64,000 bases of DNA. Origin: Eukaryota sp. GEM-RC1 (Eukaryota). Position 1 is the first letter of the stretch; the number at the start of each line of letters is the position of its first letter. Location of the stretch: NCBI GenBank assembly GCA_040285855.1, contig JAUFOQ010000010.1:558001-622000 (forward strand), in the 5' to 3' direction. The notes below the pieces were generated by a model. The model saw nothing but the letters and a program-made list of their open reading frames with translations. It ran no database searches and was not told the DNA's origin. A program made the translations under genes and the position numbers. Shown one piece after another: positions 25,769 through 40,724 of the stretch.

Positions 25769-26403
25769 AGATATTTTCCTCTGATATAAAGATCACCCCA
25801 TTATAAGTCACACATAAACAAATATCAAAGCAGTTTAGCAGTCGATCATACACAGATTGATTTTCAGTTTTACCCGGTAATTAAGACTCGTCATATCGAA
25901 AAGTTCATTTGCTATTGTTTTCAACAACACCACGTATTAATTGTTATCTGGAAATGATGTAACATACTACATGTTTCGAAATATTTCGAATCACCGACAC
26001 ATTGTCTCGTTGTTAACACGGTTGTATTTTTTCTCAAAAAACAGCTTAATTGTCCATGAGTTGAGTGATGCTTTGATTATTCTTAGTGATTTATAAGATG
26101 TACAGTATCCTTTTGTATCTACTCCAAAGATATTTTAGTCATGGTAATTTATTAAATATTGGTCAAAATTAGGTTGTTCGTTAGATTCTGTTTTAGTGAT
26201 CTGTGATTTAATTGGAAATCTTGTCACACAATTGTCCTAACATACAAAGTAGGTTTTTCTTTATCTTAAATTGAGTTTATTATCTAACATTATCTAAGCT
26301 TCTCCTTACTGGATATGGGTTCTATGAACCGGCTAGCATTTCCGATTTCTATCTACATTACAACTCAACTGGTCCTGAAGGCGCTATTGCAATTGCTGAA
26401 GCT

Positions 26404-26931
26404 TTGAAGGTGAATTCGTTTGTTTCTTCGATTTATCTATATAACAACTCAATTGGTCCTGAAGGTGCTATTGCAATTGCTGAATCTTTGAAGGTGAATT
26501 CGTCTGTTTCTACGATCGATCTGTATAACAACTCAATTGGTACTGAAGGCGCTATTGCAATTGCTGAAGCTTTGAAGGTGAATTCTTCAGTTTCTCAGAT
26601 CGATCTACGTAACAACCCAATTGGTAATGAAGGCGCTATTGCAATTGCTGAAGCTTTGAAGGTGAATTCTTCAGTTTCTACGATCAATCTATATAACAAC
26701 TCAATTGGTCCTGAAGGCGCTATTGCAATTGCTGAAGCTTTGAAGGTGAATTCGTCTGTTTCTACGATCAATCTAGGTAACAACTCAATTGGTAATGAAG
26801 GCGCTATTGCAATTGCTGAAGCTTTGAAGGTGAATTCGTCTGTTTCTTCGATTTATCTACATAGCAACTCAATTAACAGTCAAACACAACAGTCGTTAAA
26901 ATCACTACACAAGAATAGAATTCATTTCTAA
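26404..26931 (+). pseudogene. Headless LRR cassette A3 (5 modules + cap)
   Basis: Open frame, no ATG; same translation as A6. Confidence 0.75.
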
Positions 26932-27564
26932 AGATATTTTCCTCTGATATAAAGATCACCCCATTATAAGTCACACATAAACAAATATCAAAGCAGTTTA
27001 GCAGTCGATCATACACAGATTGATTTTCAGTTTTACCCGGTAATTAAGACTCGTCATATCGAAAAGTTCATTTGCTATTGTTTTCAACAACACCACGTAT
27101 TAATTGTTATCTGGAAATGATGTAACATACTACATGTTTCGAAATATTTCGAATCACCGACACATTGTCTCGTTGTTAACACGGTTGTATTTTTCTCAAA
27201 AACAGCTTAATTGTCCATGAGTTGAGTGATGCTTTGATTATTCTTAGTGATTTATAAGATGTACAGTATCCTTTTGTATCTACTCCAAAGATATTTTAGT
27301 CATGGTAATTTATTAAATATTGGTCAAAATTAGGTTGTTCGTTAGATTCTGTTTTAGTGATCTGTGATTTAATTGGAAATCTTGTCACACAATTGTCCTA
27401 ACATACAAAGTAGGTTTTTCTTTATCTTAAATTGAGTTTATTATCTAACATTATCTAAGCTTCTCCTTACTGGATATGGGTTCTATGAACCGGCTAGCAT
27501 TTCCGATTTCTATCTACATTACAACTCAACTGGTCCTGAAGGCGCTATTGCAATTGCTGAAGCT

Positions 27565-29352
27565 TTGAAGGTGAATTCGTTTGTTTCTTCGATTTATCTA
27601 TATAACAACTCAATTGGTCCTGAAGGTGCTATTGCAATTGCTGAATCTTTGAAGGTGAATTCGTCTGTTTCTACGATCGATCTGTATAACAACTCAATTG
27701 GTACTGAAGGCGCTATTGCAATTGCTGAAGCTTTGAAGGTGAATTCTTCAGTTTCTCAGATCGATCTACGTAACAACCCAATTGGTAATGAAGGCGCTAT
27801 TGCAATTGCTGAAGCTTTGAAGGTGAATTCTTCAGTTTCTACGATCAATCTATATAACAACTCAATTGGTACTGAAGGCGCTATTGCAATTGCTGAAGCT
27901 TTGAAGGTGAATTCTTCAGTTTCTACGATCAATCTGTATAACAACTCAATTGGTACTGAAGGCGCTATTGCAATTGCTGAAGCTTTGAAGGTGAATTCTT
28001 CAGTTTCTACGATCAATCTGTATAACAACTCAATTGGTACTGAAGGCGCTATTGCAATTGCTGAAGCTTTGAAGGTGAATTCTTCAGTTTCTACGATCGA
28101 TCTAAATTACAACTCAATTGGTCCTGAAGGTGCTATTGCAATTGCTGCAGCTTTGAAGGTGAATTCTTCAGTTTCTACGATCAATCTATATAACAACTCA
28201 ATTGGTACTGAAGGCGCTATTGCAATTGCTGAAGCTTTGAAGGTGAATTCTTCAGTTTCTACGATCGATCTAAATTACAACTCAATTGGTCCTGAAGGTG
28301 CTATTGCAATTGCTGCAGCTTTGAAGGTGAATTCTTCAGTTTCTACGATCAATCTATATAACAACTCAATTGGTACTGAAGGCGCTATTGCAATTGCTGA
28401 AGCTTTGAAGGTGAATTCTTCAGTTTCTACGATCAATCTGTATAACAACTCAATTGGTACTGAAGGCGCTATTGCAATTGCTGAAGCTTTGAAGGTGAAT
28501 TCGTTTGTTTCTACGATTGTTCTAGGTAACAACTCAATTGGTCCTGAAGGTGCTATTGCAATTGCTGCAGCTTTGAAAGTGAATTCGTCTGTTTCTTCGA
28601 TTTATCTACATAGCAACTCAATTGGTCCTGAAGGCGCTATTGCAATTGCTGAAGCTTTGAAGGTGAATTCGTCTGTTTCTACGATCAATCTACATAGCAA
28701 CTCAATTGGTCCTGAAGGCGCTATTGCAATTGCTGAAGCTTTGAAGGTGAATTCGTCTGTTTCTACGATCAATCTACATAGCAACTCAATTGGTAATGAA
28801 GGTGCTATTGCAATTGCTGCAGCTTTGAAAGTGAATTCGTCTGTTTCTTCGATTTATCTACATAGCAACTCAATTGGTACTGAAGGCGCTATTGCAATTG
28901 CTGAAGCTTTGAAGGTGAATTCTTCAGTTTCTACGATCGATCTAAATTACAACTCAATTGGTCCTGAAGGTGCTATTGCAATTGCTGCAGCTTTGAAGGT
29001 GAATTCTTCAGTTTCTACGATCAATCTATATAACAACTCAATTGGTACTGAAGGCGCTATTGCAATTGCTGAAGCTTTGAAGGTGAATTCTTCAGTTTCT
29101 ACGATCAATCTGTATAACAACTCAATTGGTACTGAAGGCGCTATTGCAATTGCTGAAGCTTTGAAGGTGAATTCTTCAGTTTCTACGATCAATCTGTATA
29201 ACAACTCAATTGGTACTGAAGGCGCTATTGCAATTGCTGAAGCTTTGAAGGTGAATTCTTCAGTTTCTTCGATTTATCTACATAGCAACTCAATTAACAG
29301 TCAAACACAACAGTCGTTAAAATCACTACACAAGAATAGAATTCATTTCTAA
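27565..29352 (+). pseudogene. Headless LRR cassette A4 (20 modules + cap)
   Basis: 595-codon open frame, no ATG. Confidence 0.75.
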
Positions 29353-29983
29353 AGATATTTTCCTCTGATATAAAGATCACCCCATTATAAGTCACACATA
29401 AACAAATATCAAAGCAGTTTAGCAGTCGATCATACACAGATTGATTTTCAGTTTTACCCGGTAATTAAGACTCGTCATATCGAAAGTTCATTTGCTATTG
29501 TTTTCAACAACACCACGTATTAATTGTTATCTGGAAATGATGTAACATACTACATGTTTCGAAATATTTCGAATCACCGACACATTGTCTCGTTGTTAAC
29601 ACGGTTGTATTTTTCTCAAAAACAGCTTAATTGTCCATGAGTTGAGTGATGCTTTGATTATTCTTAGTGATTTATAAGATGTACAGTATCCTTTTGTATC
29701 TACTCCAAAGATATTTTAGTCATGGTAATTTATTAAATATTGGTCAAAATTAGGTTGTTCGTTAGATTCTGTTTTAGTGATCTGTGATTTAATTGGAAAT
29801 CTTGTCACACAATTGTCCTAACATACAAAGTAGGTTTTCTTTATCTTAAATTGAGTTTATTATCTAACATTATCTAAGCTTCTCTTTACTGGATATGGGT
29901 TCTATGAACCGGCTAGCATTTCCGATTTCTATCTACATTACAACTCAACTGGTCCTGAAGGCGCTATTGCAATTGCTGAAGCT

Positions 29984-31015
29984 TTGAAGGTGAATTCGTT
30001 TGTTTCTTCGATTTATCTATATAACAACTCAATTGGTCCTGAAGGTGCTATTGCAATTGCTGAATCTTTGAAGGTGAATTCGTCTGTTTCTACGATCGAT
30101 CTAAATTACAACTCAATTGGTCCTGAAGGTGCTATTGCAATTGCTGAAGCTTTGAAGGTGAATTCTTCAGTTTCTCAGATCGATCTACGTAACAACCCAA
30201 TTGGTAATGAAGGCGCTATTGCAATTGCTGAAGCTTTGAAGGTGAATTCTTCAGTTTCTACGATCAATCTATATAACAACTCAATTGGTACTGAAGGCGC
30301 TATTGCAATTGCTGAAGCTTTGAAGGTGAATTCTTCAGTTTCTACGATCAATCTGTATAACAACTCAATTGGTACTGAAGGCGCTATTGCAATTGCTGAA
30401 GCTTTGAAGGTGAATTCTTCAGTTTCTACGATCAATCTGTATAACAACTCAATTGGTACTGAAGGCGCTATTGCAATTGCTGAAGCTTTGAAGGTGAATT
30501 CTTCAGTTTCTACGATCGATCTAAATTACAACTCAATTGGTCCTGAAGGTGCTATTGCAATTGCTGCAGCTTTGAAGGTGAATTCTTCAGTTTCTACGAT
30601 CAATCTATATAACAACTCAATTGGTACTGAAGGCGCTATTGCAATTGCTGAAGCTTTGAAGGTGAATTCTTCAGTTTCTACGATCAATCTGTATAACAAC
30701 TCAATTGGTACTGAAGGCGCTATTGCAATTGCTGAAGCTTTGAAGGTGAATTCTTCAGTTTCTACGATCAATCTGTATAACAACTCAATTGGTACTGAAG
30801 GCGCTATTGCAATTGCTGAAGCTTTGAAGGTGAATTCTTCAGTTTCTACGATCAATCTGTATAACAACTCAATTGGTACTGAAGGCGCTATTGCAATTGC
30901 TGAAGCTTTGAAGGTGAATTCTTCAGTTTCTTCGATTTATCTACATAGCAACTCAATTAACAGTCAAACACAACAGTCGTTAAAATCACTACACAAGAAT
31001 AGAATTCATTTCTAA
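29984..31015 (+). pseudogene. Headless LRR cassette A5 (11 modules + cap)
   Basis: Open frame, no ATG. Confidence 0.75.
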
Positions 31016-31650
31016 AGATATTTTCCTCTGATATAAAGATCACCCCATTATAAGTCACACATAAACAAATATCAAAGCAGTTTAGCAGTCGATCATACAC
31101 AGATTGATTTTCAGTTTTACCCGGTAATTAAGACTCGTCATATCGAAAAGTTCATTTGCTATTGTTTTCAACAACACCACGTATTAATTGTTATCTGGAA
31201 ATGATGTAACATACTACATGTTTCGAAATATTTCGAATCACCGACACATTGTCTCGTTGTTAACACGGTTGTATTTTTTCTCAAAAAACAGCTTAATTGT
31301 CCATGAGTTGAGTGATGCTTTGATTATTCTTAGTGATTTATAAGATGTACAGTATCCTTTTGTATCTACTCCAAAGATATTTTAGTCATGGTAATTTATT
31401 AAATATTGGTCAAAATTAGGTTGTTCGTTAGATTCTGTTTTAGTGATCTGTGATTTAATTGGAAATCTTGTCACACAATTGTCCTAACATACAAAGTAGG
31501 TTTTTCTTTATCTTAAATTGAGTTTATTATCTAACATTATCTAAGCTTCTCCTTACTGGATATGGGTTCTATGAACCGGCTAGCATTTCCGATTTCTATC
31601 TACATTACAACTCAACTGGTCCTGAAGGCGCTATTGCAATTGCTGAAGCT

Positions 31651-32178
31651 TTGAAGGTGAATTCGTTTGTTTCTTCGATTTATCTATATAACAACTCAAT
31701 TGGTCCTGAAGGTGCTATTGCAATTGCTGAATCTTTGAAGGTGAATTCGTCTGTTTCTACGATCGATCTGTATAACAACTCAATTGGTACTGAAGGCGCT
31801 ATTGCAATTGCTGAAGCTTTGAAGGTGAATTCTTCAGTTTCTCAGATCGATCTACGTAACAACCCAATTGGTAATGAAGGCGCTATTGCAATTGCTGAAG
31901 CTTTGAAGGTGAATTCTTCAGTTTCTACGATCAATCTATATAACAACTCAATTGGTCCTGAAGGCGCTATTGCAATTGCTGAAGCTTTGAAGGTGAATTC
32001 GTCTGTTTCTACGATCAATCTAGGTAACAACTCAATTGGTAATGAAGGCGCTATTGCAATTGCTGAAGCTTTGAAGGTGAATTCGTCTGTTTCTTCGATT
32101 TATCTACATAGCAACTCAATTAACAGTCAAACACAACAGTCGTTAAAATCACTACACAAGAATAGAATTCATTTCTAA
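31651..32178 (+). pseudogene. Headless LRR cassette A6 (5 modules + cap)
   Basis: Open frame, no ATG. Confidence 0.75.
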
Positions 32179-32813
32179 AGATATTTTCCTCTGATATAAA
32201 GATCACCCCATTATAAGTCACACATAAACAAATATCAAAGCAGTTTAGCAGTCGATCATACACAGATTGATTTTCAGTTTTACCCGGTAATTAAGACTCG
32301 TCATATCGAAAAGTTCATTTGCTATTGTTTTCAACAACACCACGTATTAATTGTTATCTGGAAATGATGTAACATACTACATGTTTCGAAATATTTCGAA
32401 TCACCGACACATTGTCTCGTTGTTAACACGGTTGTATTTTTTCTCAAAAAACAGCTTAATTGTCCATGAGTTGAGTGATGCTTTGATTATTCTTAGTGAT
32501 TTATAAGATGTACAGTATCCTTTTGTATCTACTCCAAAGATATTTTAGTCATGGTAATTTATTAAATATTGGTCAAAATTAGGTTGTTCGTTAGATTCTG
32601 TTTTAGTGATCTGTGATTTAATTGGAAATCTTGTCACACAATTGTCCTAACATACAAAGTAGGTTTTTCTTTATCTTAAATTGAGTTTATTATCTAACAT
32701 TATCTAAGCTTCTCCTTACTGGATATGGGTTCTATGAACCGGCTAGCATTTCCGATTTCTATCTACATTACAACTCAACTGGTCCTGAAGGCGCTATTGC
32801 AATTGCTGAAGCT

Positions 32814-33341
32814 TTGAAGGTGAATTCGTTTGTTTCTTCGATTTATCTATATAACAACTCAATTGGTCCTGAAGGTGCTATTGCAATTGCTGAATCTTTG
32901 AAGGTGAATTCGTCTGTTTCTACGATCGATCTGTATAACAACTCAATTGGTACTGAAGGCGCTATTGCAATTGCTGAAGCTTTGAAGGTGAATTCTTCAG
33001 TTTCTCAGATCGATCTACGTAACAACCCAATTGGTAATGAAGGCGCTATTGCAATTGCTGAAGCTTTGAAGGTGAATTCTTCAGTTTCTACGATCAATCT
33101 ATATAACAACTCAATTGGTACTGAAGGCGCTATTGCAATTGCTGAAGCTTTGAAGGTGAATTCTTCAGTTTCTACGATCAATCTGTATAACAACTCAATT
33201 GGTACTGAAGGCGCTATTGCAATTGCTGAAGCTTTGAAGGTGAATTCTTCAGTTTCTTCGATTTATCTACATAGCAACTCAATTAACAGTCAAACACAAC
33301 AGTCGTTAAAATCACTACACAAGAATAGAATTCATTTCTAA
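32814..33341 (+). pseudogene. Headless LRR cassette A7 (5 modules + cap)
   Basis: Open frame, no ATG. Confidence 0.75.
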
Positions 33342-33976
33342 AGATATTTTCCTCTGATATAAAGATCACCCCATTATAAGTCACACATAAACAAATATCA
33401 AAGCAGTTTAGCAGTCGATCATACACAGATTGATTTTCAGTTTTACCCGGTAATTAAGACTCGTCATATCGAAAAGTTCATTTGCTATTGTTTTCAACAA
33501 CACCACGTATTAATTGTTATCTGGAAATGATGTAACATACTACATGTTTCGAAATATTTCGAATCACCGACACATTGTCTCGTTGTTAACACGGTTGTAT
33601 TTTTTCTCAAAAAACAGCTTAATTGTCCATGAGTTGAGTGATGCTTTGATTATTCTTAGTGATTTATAAGATGTACAGTATCCTTTTGTATCTACTCCAA
33701 AGATATTTTAGTCATGGTAATTTATTAAATATTGGTCAAAATTAGGTTGTTCGTTAGATTCTGTTTTAGTGATCTGTGATTTAATTGGAAATCTTGTCAC
33801 ACAATTGTCCTAACATACAAAGTAGGTTTTTCTTTATCTTAAATTGAGTTTATTATCTAACATTATCTAAGCTTCTCTTTACTGGATATGGGTTCTATGA
33901 ACCGGCTAGCATTTCCAATTTCTATCTACATTACAACTCAACTGGTCCTGAAGGCGCTATTGCAATTGCTGAAGCT

Positions 33977-34336
33977 TTGAAGGTGAATTCGTTTGTTTCT
34001 TCGATTTATCTATATAACAACTCAATTGGTCCTGAAGGTGCTATTGCAATTGCTGAATCTTTGAAGGTGAATTCGTCTGTTTCTACGATCGATCTAAATT
34101 ACAACTCAATTGGTCCTGAAGGTGCTATTGCAATTGCTGAAGCTTTGAAGGTGAATTCTTCAGTTTCTCAGATCGATCTACGTAACAACCCAATTGGTAA
34201 TGAAGGCGCTATTGCAATTGCTGAAGCTTTGAAGGTGAATTCTTCAGTTTCTTCGATTTATCTACATAGCAACTCAATTAACAGTCAAACACAACAGTCG
34301 TTAAAATCACTACACAAGAATAGAATTCATTTCTAA
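33977..34336 (+). pseudogene. Headless LRR cassette A8 (3 modules + cap)
   Basis: Open frame, no ATG; same translation as A9. Confidence 0.75.
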
Positions 34337-34975
34337 AGATATTTTCCTCTGATATAAAGATCACCCCATTATAAGTCACACATAAACAAATATCAAAGCA
34401 GTTTAGCAGTCGATCATACACAGATTGATTTTCAGTTTTACCCGGTAATTAAGACTCGTCATATCGAAAAGTTCATTTGCTATTGTTTTCAACAACACCA
34501 CGTATTAATTGTTATCTGGAAATGATGTAACATTATACTACATGTTTCGAAATATTTCGAATCACCGACACATTGTCTCGTTGTTAACACGGTTGTATTT
34601 TTTCTCAAAAAACAGCTTAATTGTCCATGAGTTGAGTGATGCTTTGATTATTCTTAGTGATTTATAAGATGTACAGTATCCTTTTGTATCTACTCCAAAG
34701 ATATTTTAGTCATGGTAATTTATTAAATATTGGTCAAAATTAGGTTGTTCGTTAGATTCTGTTTTAGTGATCTGTGATTTAATTGGAAATCTTGTCACAC
34801 AATTGTCCTAACATACAAAGTAGGTTTTTTCTTTATCTTAAATTGAGTTTATTATCTAACATTATCTAAGCTTCTCTTTACTGGATATGGGTTCTATGAA
34901 CCGGCTAGCATTTCCGATTTCTATCTACATTACAACTCAACTGGTCCTGAAGGCGCTATTGCAATTGCTGAAGCT

Positions 34976-35335
34976 TTGAAGGTGAATTCGTTTGTTTCTT
35001 CGATTTATCTATATAACAACTCAATTGGTCCTGAAGGTGCTATTGCAATTGCTGAATCTTTGAAGGTGAATTCGTCTGTTTCTACGATCGATCTAAATTA
35101 CAACTCAATTGGTCCTGAAGGTGCTATTGCAATTGCTGAAGCTTTGAAGGTGAATTCTTCAGTTTCTCAGATCGATCTACGTAACAACCCAATTGGTAAT
35201 GAAGGCGCTATTGCAATTGCTGAAGCTTTGAAGGTGAATTCTTCAGTTTCTTCGATTTATCTACATAGCAACTCAATTAACAGTCAAACACAACAGTCGT
35301 TAAAATCACTACACAAGAATAGAATTCATTTCTAA
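34976..35335 (+). pseudogene. Headless LRR cassette A9 (3 modules + cap)
   Basis: Open frame, no ATG. Confidence 0.75.
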
Positions 35336-35972
35336 AGATATTTTCCTCTGATATAAAGATCACCCCATTATAAGTCACACATAAACAAATATCAAAGCAG
35401 TTTAGCAGTCGATCATACACAGATTGATTTTCAGTTTTACCCGGTAATTAAGACTCGTCATATCGAAAAGTTCATTTGCTATTGTTTTCAACAACACCAC
35501 GTATTAATTGGTATCTGGAAATGAAGTAACATTATTCTTTTGTTTTGAAATGATTCGAATCACCGACACAATGTCTCGTTATTAACACGGTTGTATTTTT
35601 TCTCAAAAAACAGCTTAATTGTCGTTATGTTGAGTGATGCTTTGATTATTCTTAGTGATTTATAAGATGTACAGTATCCTTTTGTATCTACTCCAAAGAT
35701 ATTTTAGTCATGGTAATTTATTAAATATTGGTCAAAATTAGGTTGTTCGTTAGATTCTGTTTTAGTGATCTGTGATTTAATTGGAAATCTTGTCACACAA
35801 TTGTCCTAACATACAAAGTAGGTTTTTGTTTATCTTAAATTGAGTTTATTATCTAACATTATCTAAGCTTCTCTTTACTGGATATGGGTTCTATGAACCG
35901 GCTAGCATTTCCGATTTCTATCTACATTACAACTCAACTGGTCCTGAAGGCGCTATTGCAATTGCTGAAGCT

Positions 35973-37170
35973 TTGAAGGTGAATTCGTGTGTTTCTACGA
36001 TTGTTCTAGGTAACAACTCAATTGGTCCTGAAGGCGCTATTGCAATTGCTGAAGCTTTGAAGGTGAATTCGTCTGTTTCTTCGATTTATCTATATAACAA
36101 CTCAATTGGTCCTGAAGGTGCTATTGCAATTGCTGAAGCTTTGAAGGTGAATTCGTCTGTTTCTACGATCGATCTATTTAGCAACTCAATTGGTAATGAA
36201 GGCGCTATTGCAATTGCTGAAGCTTTGAAGGTGAATTCGTCTGTTTCTTCGATTTATCTATATAACAACTCAATTGGTAATGAAGGTGCTATTGCAATTG
36301 CTGCAGCTTTGAAAGTGAATTCGTCTGTTTCTTCGATTTATCTACATAGCAACTCAATTGGTCCTGAAGGCGCTATTGCAATTGCTGAAGCTTTGAAGGT
36401 GAATTCGTCTGTTTCTTCGAATATCTATATAACAACTCAATTGGTAATGAAGGTGCTATTGCAATTGCTGCAGCTTTGAAAGTGAATTCGTCTGTTTCTT
36501 CGATTTATCTACATAGCAACTCAATTGGTCCTGAAGGCGCTATTGCAATTGCTGAAGCTTTGAAGGTGAATTCGTCTGTTTCTTCGAATATCTATATAAC
36601 AACTCAATTGGTAATGAAGGTGCTATTGCAATTGCTGCAGCTTTGAAAGTGAATTCGTCTGTTTCTTCGATTTATCTACATAGCAACTCAATTGGTCCTG
36701 AAGGCGCTATTGCAATTGCTGAAGCTTTGAAGGTGAATTCTTCAGTTTCTACGATCAATCTACATAGCAACTCAATTGGTCCTGAAGGTGCTATTGCAAT
36801 TGCTGAAGCTTTGAAGGTGAATTCTTCAGTTTCTACGATCAATCTACATAGCAACTCAATTGGTAATGAAGGCGCTATTGCAATTGCTGAAGCTTTGAAA
36901 GTGAATTCGTCTGTTTCTTCGATTTATCTACATAGCAACTCAATTGGTCCTGAAGGTGCTATTGCAATTGCTGAAGCTTTGAAGGTGAATTCGTCTGTTT
37001 CTTCGATTTATCTATATAACAACTCAATTGGTAATGAAGGTGCTATTGCAATTGCTGCAGCTTTGAAAGTGAATTCGTCTGTTTCTTCGATTTATCTACA
37101 TAGCAACTCAATTAACAGTCAAACACAACAGTCGTTAAAATCACTACACAAGAATAGAATTCATTTCTAA
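35973..37170 (+). pseudogene. Headless LRR cassette A10 (13 modules + cap) with two 1-nt deletions
   Basis: TCGAATATCTA instead of TCGATTTATCTA at ~36421 and ~36588. Confidence 0.8.
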
Positions 37171-37806
37171 AGATATTTTCCTCTGATATAAAGATCACCC
37201 CATTATAAGTCACACATAAACAAATATCAAAGCAGTTTAGCAGTCGATCATACACAGATTGATTTTCAGTTTTACCCGGTAATTAAGACTCGTCATATCG
37301 AAAGTTCATTTGCTATTGTTTTCAACAACACCACGTATTAATTGGTATCTGGAAATGAAGTAACATTATTCTTTTGTTTTGAAATGATTCGAATCACCGA
37401 CACAATGTCTCGTTATTAACACGGTTGTATTTTTTCTCAAAAAACAGCTTAATTGTCGTTATGTTGAGTGATGCTTTGATTATTCTTAGTGATTTATAAG
37501 ATGTACAGTATCCTTTTGTATCTACTCCAAAGATATTTTAGTCATGGTAATTTATTAAATATTGGTCAAAATTAGGTTGTTCGTTAGATTCTGTTTTAGT
37601 GATCTGTGATTTAATTGGAAATCTTGTCACACAATTGTCCTAACATACAAAGTAGGTTTTTGTTTATCTTAAATTGAGTTTATTATCTAACATTATCTAA
37701 GCTTCTCTTTACTGGATATGGGTTCTATGAACCGGCTAGCATTTCCGATTTCTATCTACATTACAACTCAACTGGTCCTGAAGGCGCTATTGCAATTGCT
37801 GAAGCT

Positions 37807-38670
37807 TTGAAGGTGAATTCGTTTGTTTCTACGATTGTTCTAGGTAACAACTCAATTGGTCCTGAAGGCGCTATTGCAATTGCTGAAGCTTTGAAGGTGA
37901 ATTCGTCTGTTTCTTCGATTTATCTATATAACAACTCAATTGGTCCTGAAGGTGCTATTGCAATTGCTGAAGCTTTGAAGGTGAATTCGTCTGTTTCTAC
38001 GATCGATCTATTTAGCAACTCAATTGGTAATGAAGGCGCTATTGCAATTGCTGAAGCTTTGAAGGTGAATTCGTCTGTTTCTTCGATTTATCTATATAAC
38101 AACTCAATTGGTAATGAAGGTGCTATTGCAATTGCTGCAGCTTTGAAAGTGAATTCGTCTGTTTCTTCGATTTATCTACATAGCAACTCAATTGGTCCTG
38201 AAGGCGCTATTGCAATTGCTGAAGCTTTGAAGGTGAATTCTTCAGTTTCTACGATCAATCTACATAGCAACTCAATTGGTCCTGAAGGTGCTATTGCAAT
38301 TGCTGAAGCTTTGAAAGTGAATTCGTCTGTTTCTTCGATTTATCTACATAGCAACTCAATTGGTCCTGAAGGTGCTATTGCAATTGCTGAAGCTTTGAAG
38401 GTGAATTCGTCTGTTTCTTCGATTTATCTACATAGCAACTCAATTGGTCCTGAAGGTGCTATTGCAATTGCTGAAGCTTTGAAGGTGAATTCGTCTGTTT
38501 CTTCGATTTATCTATATAACAACTCAATTGGTAATGAAGGTGCTATTGCAATTGCTGCAGCTTTAAAAGTGAATTCGTCTGTTTCTTCGATTTATCTACA
38601 TAGCAACTCAATTAACAGTCAAACGCAACAGTCGTTAAAATCACTACACAAGAATAGAATTCATTTCTAA
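37807..38670 (+). pseudogene. Headless LRR cassette A11 (9 modules + cap)
   Basis: Open frame, no ATG. Confidence 0.75.
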
Positions 38671-39307
38671 AGATATTTTCCTCTGATATAAAGATCACCC
38701 CATTATAAGTCACACATAAACAAATATCAAAGCAGTTTAGCAGTCGATCATACACAGATTGATTTTCAGTTTTACCCGGTAATTAAGACTCGTCATATCG
38801 AAAAGTTCATTTGCTATTGTTTTCAACAACACCACGTATTAATTGGTATCTGGAAATGAAGTAACATTATTCTTTTGTTTTGAAATGATTCGAATCACCG
38901 ACACAATGTCTCGTTATTAACACGGTTGTATTTTTTCTCAAAAAACAGCTTAATTGTCGTTATGTTGAGTGATGCTTTGATTATTCTTAGTGATTTATAA
39001 GATGTACAGTATCCTTTTGTATCTACTCCAAAGATATTTTAGTCATGGAAATTTATTAAATATTGGTCAAAATTAGGTTGTTCGTTAGATTCTGTTTTAG
39101 TGATCTGTGATTTAATTGGAAATCTTGTCACACAATTGTCCTAACATACAAAGTAGGTTTTTGTTTATCTTAAATTGAGTTTATTATCTAACATTATCTA
39201 AGCTTCTCTTTACTGGATATGGGTTCTATGAACCGGCTAGCATTTCCGATTTCTATCTACATTACAACTCAACTGGTCCTGAAGGCGCTATTGCAATTGC
39301 TGAAGCT

Positions 39308-40087
39308 TTGAAGGTGAATTCGTTTGTTTCTACGATTGTTCTAGGTAACAACTCAATTGGTCCTGAAGGCGCTATTGCAATTGCTGAAGCTTTGAAGGTG
39401 AATTCGTCTGTTTCTTCGATTTATCTATATAACAACTCAATTGGTCCTGAAGGTGCTATTGCAATTGCTGAAGCTTTGAAGGTGAATTCGTCTGTTTCTA
39501 CGATCGATCTATTTAGCAACTCAATTGGTAATGAAGGCGCTATTGCAATTGCTGAAGCTTTGAAAGTGAATTCGTCTGTTTCTTCGATTTATCTATATAA
39601 CAACTCAATTGGTAATGAAGGCGCTATTGCAATTGCTGAAGCTTTGAAAGTGAATTCTTCAGTTTCTACGATCAATCTACATAGCAACTCAATTGGTCCT
39701 GAAGGTGCTATTGCAATTGCTGAAGCTTTGAAGGTGAATTCTTCAGTTTCTACGATCAATCTACATAGCAACTCAATTGGTAATGAAGGCGCTATTGCAA
39801 TTGCTGAAGCTTTGAAAGTGAATTCGTCTGTTTCTTCGATTTATCTATATAACAACTCAATTGGTAATGAAGGCGCTATTGCAATTGCTGAAGCTTTGAA
39901 GGTGAATTCTTCAGTTTCTCAGATCGATCTACGTAACAACCCAATTGGTAATGAAGGCGCTATTGCAATTGCTGAAGCTTTGAAGGTGAATTCTTCAGTT
40001 TCTTCGATTTATCTACATAGCAACTCAATTAACAGTCAAACACAACAGTCGTTAAAATCACTACACAAGAATAGAATTCATTTCTAA
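39308..40087 (+). pseudogene. Headless LRR cassette A12 (8 modules + cap)
   Basis: Open frame, no ATG. Confidence 0.75.
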
Positions 40088-40724
40088 AGATATTTTCCTC
40101 AGATATAAAGATCACCCCATTATAAGTCACACATGAACAAATATCAAAGCAGTTTAGCAGTCGATCATACACAGATTGATTTTCAGTTTTACCCGGTAAT
40201 TAAGACTCGTCATATCGAAAAGTTCATTTGCTATTGTTTTCAACAACACCACGTATTAATTGTTATCTGGAAATGATGTAACATTATACTACATGTTTCG
40301 AAATATTTCGAATCACCGACACATTGTCTCGTTGTTAACACGGTTGTATTTTTTCTCAAAAAACAGCTTAATTGTCCATGAGTTGAGTGATGCTTTGATT
40401 ATTCTTAGTGATTTATAAGATGTACAGTATCCTTTTGTATCTACTCCAAAGATATTTTAGTCATGGTAATTTATTAAATATTGGTCAAAATTAGGTTGTT
40501 CGTTAGATTCTGTTTTAGTGATCTGTGATTTAATTGGAAATCTTGTCACACAATTGTCCTAACATACAAAGTAGGTTTTGTTTATCTTAAATTGAGTTTA
40601 TTATCTAACATTATCTAAGCTTCTCTTTACTGGATATGGGTTCTATGAACCGGCTAGCATTTCCGATTTCTATCTACATTACAACTCAACTGGTCCTGAA
40701 GGTGCTATTGCAATTGCTGAAGCT

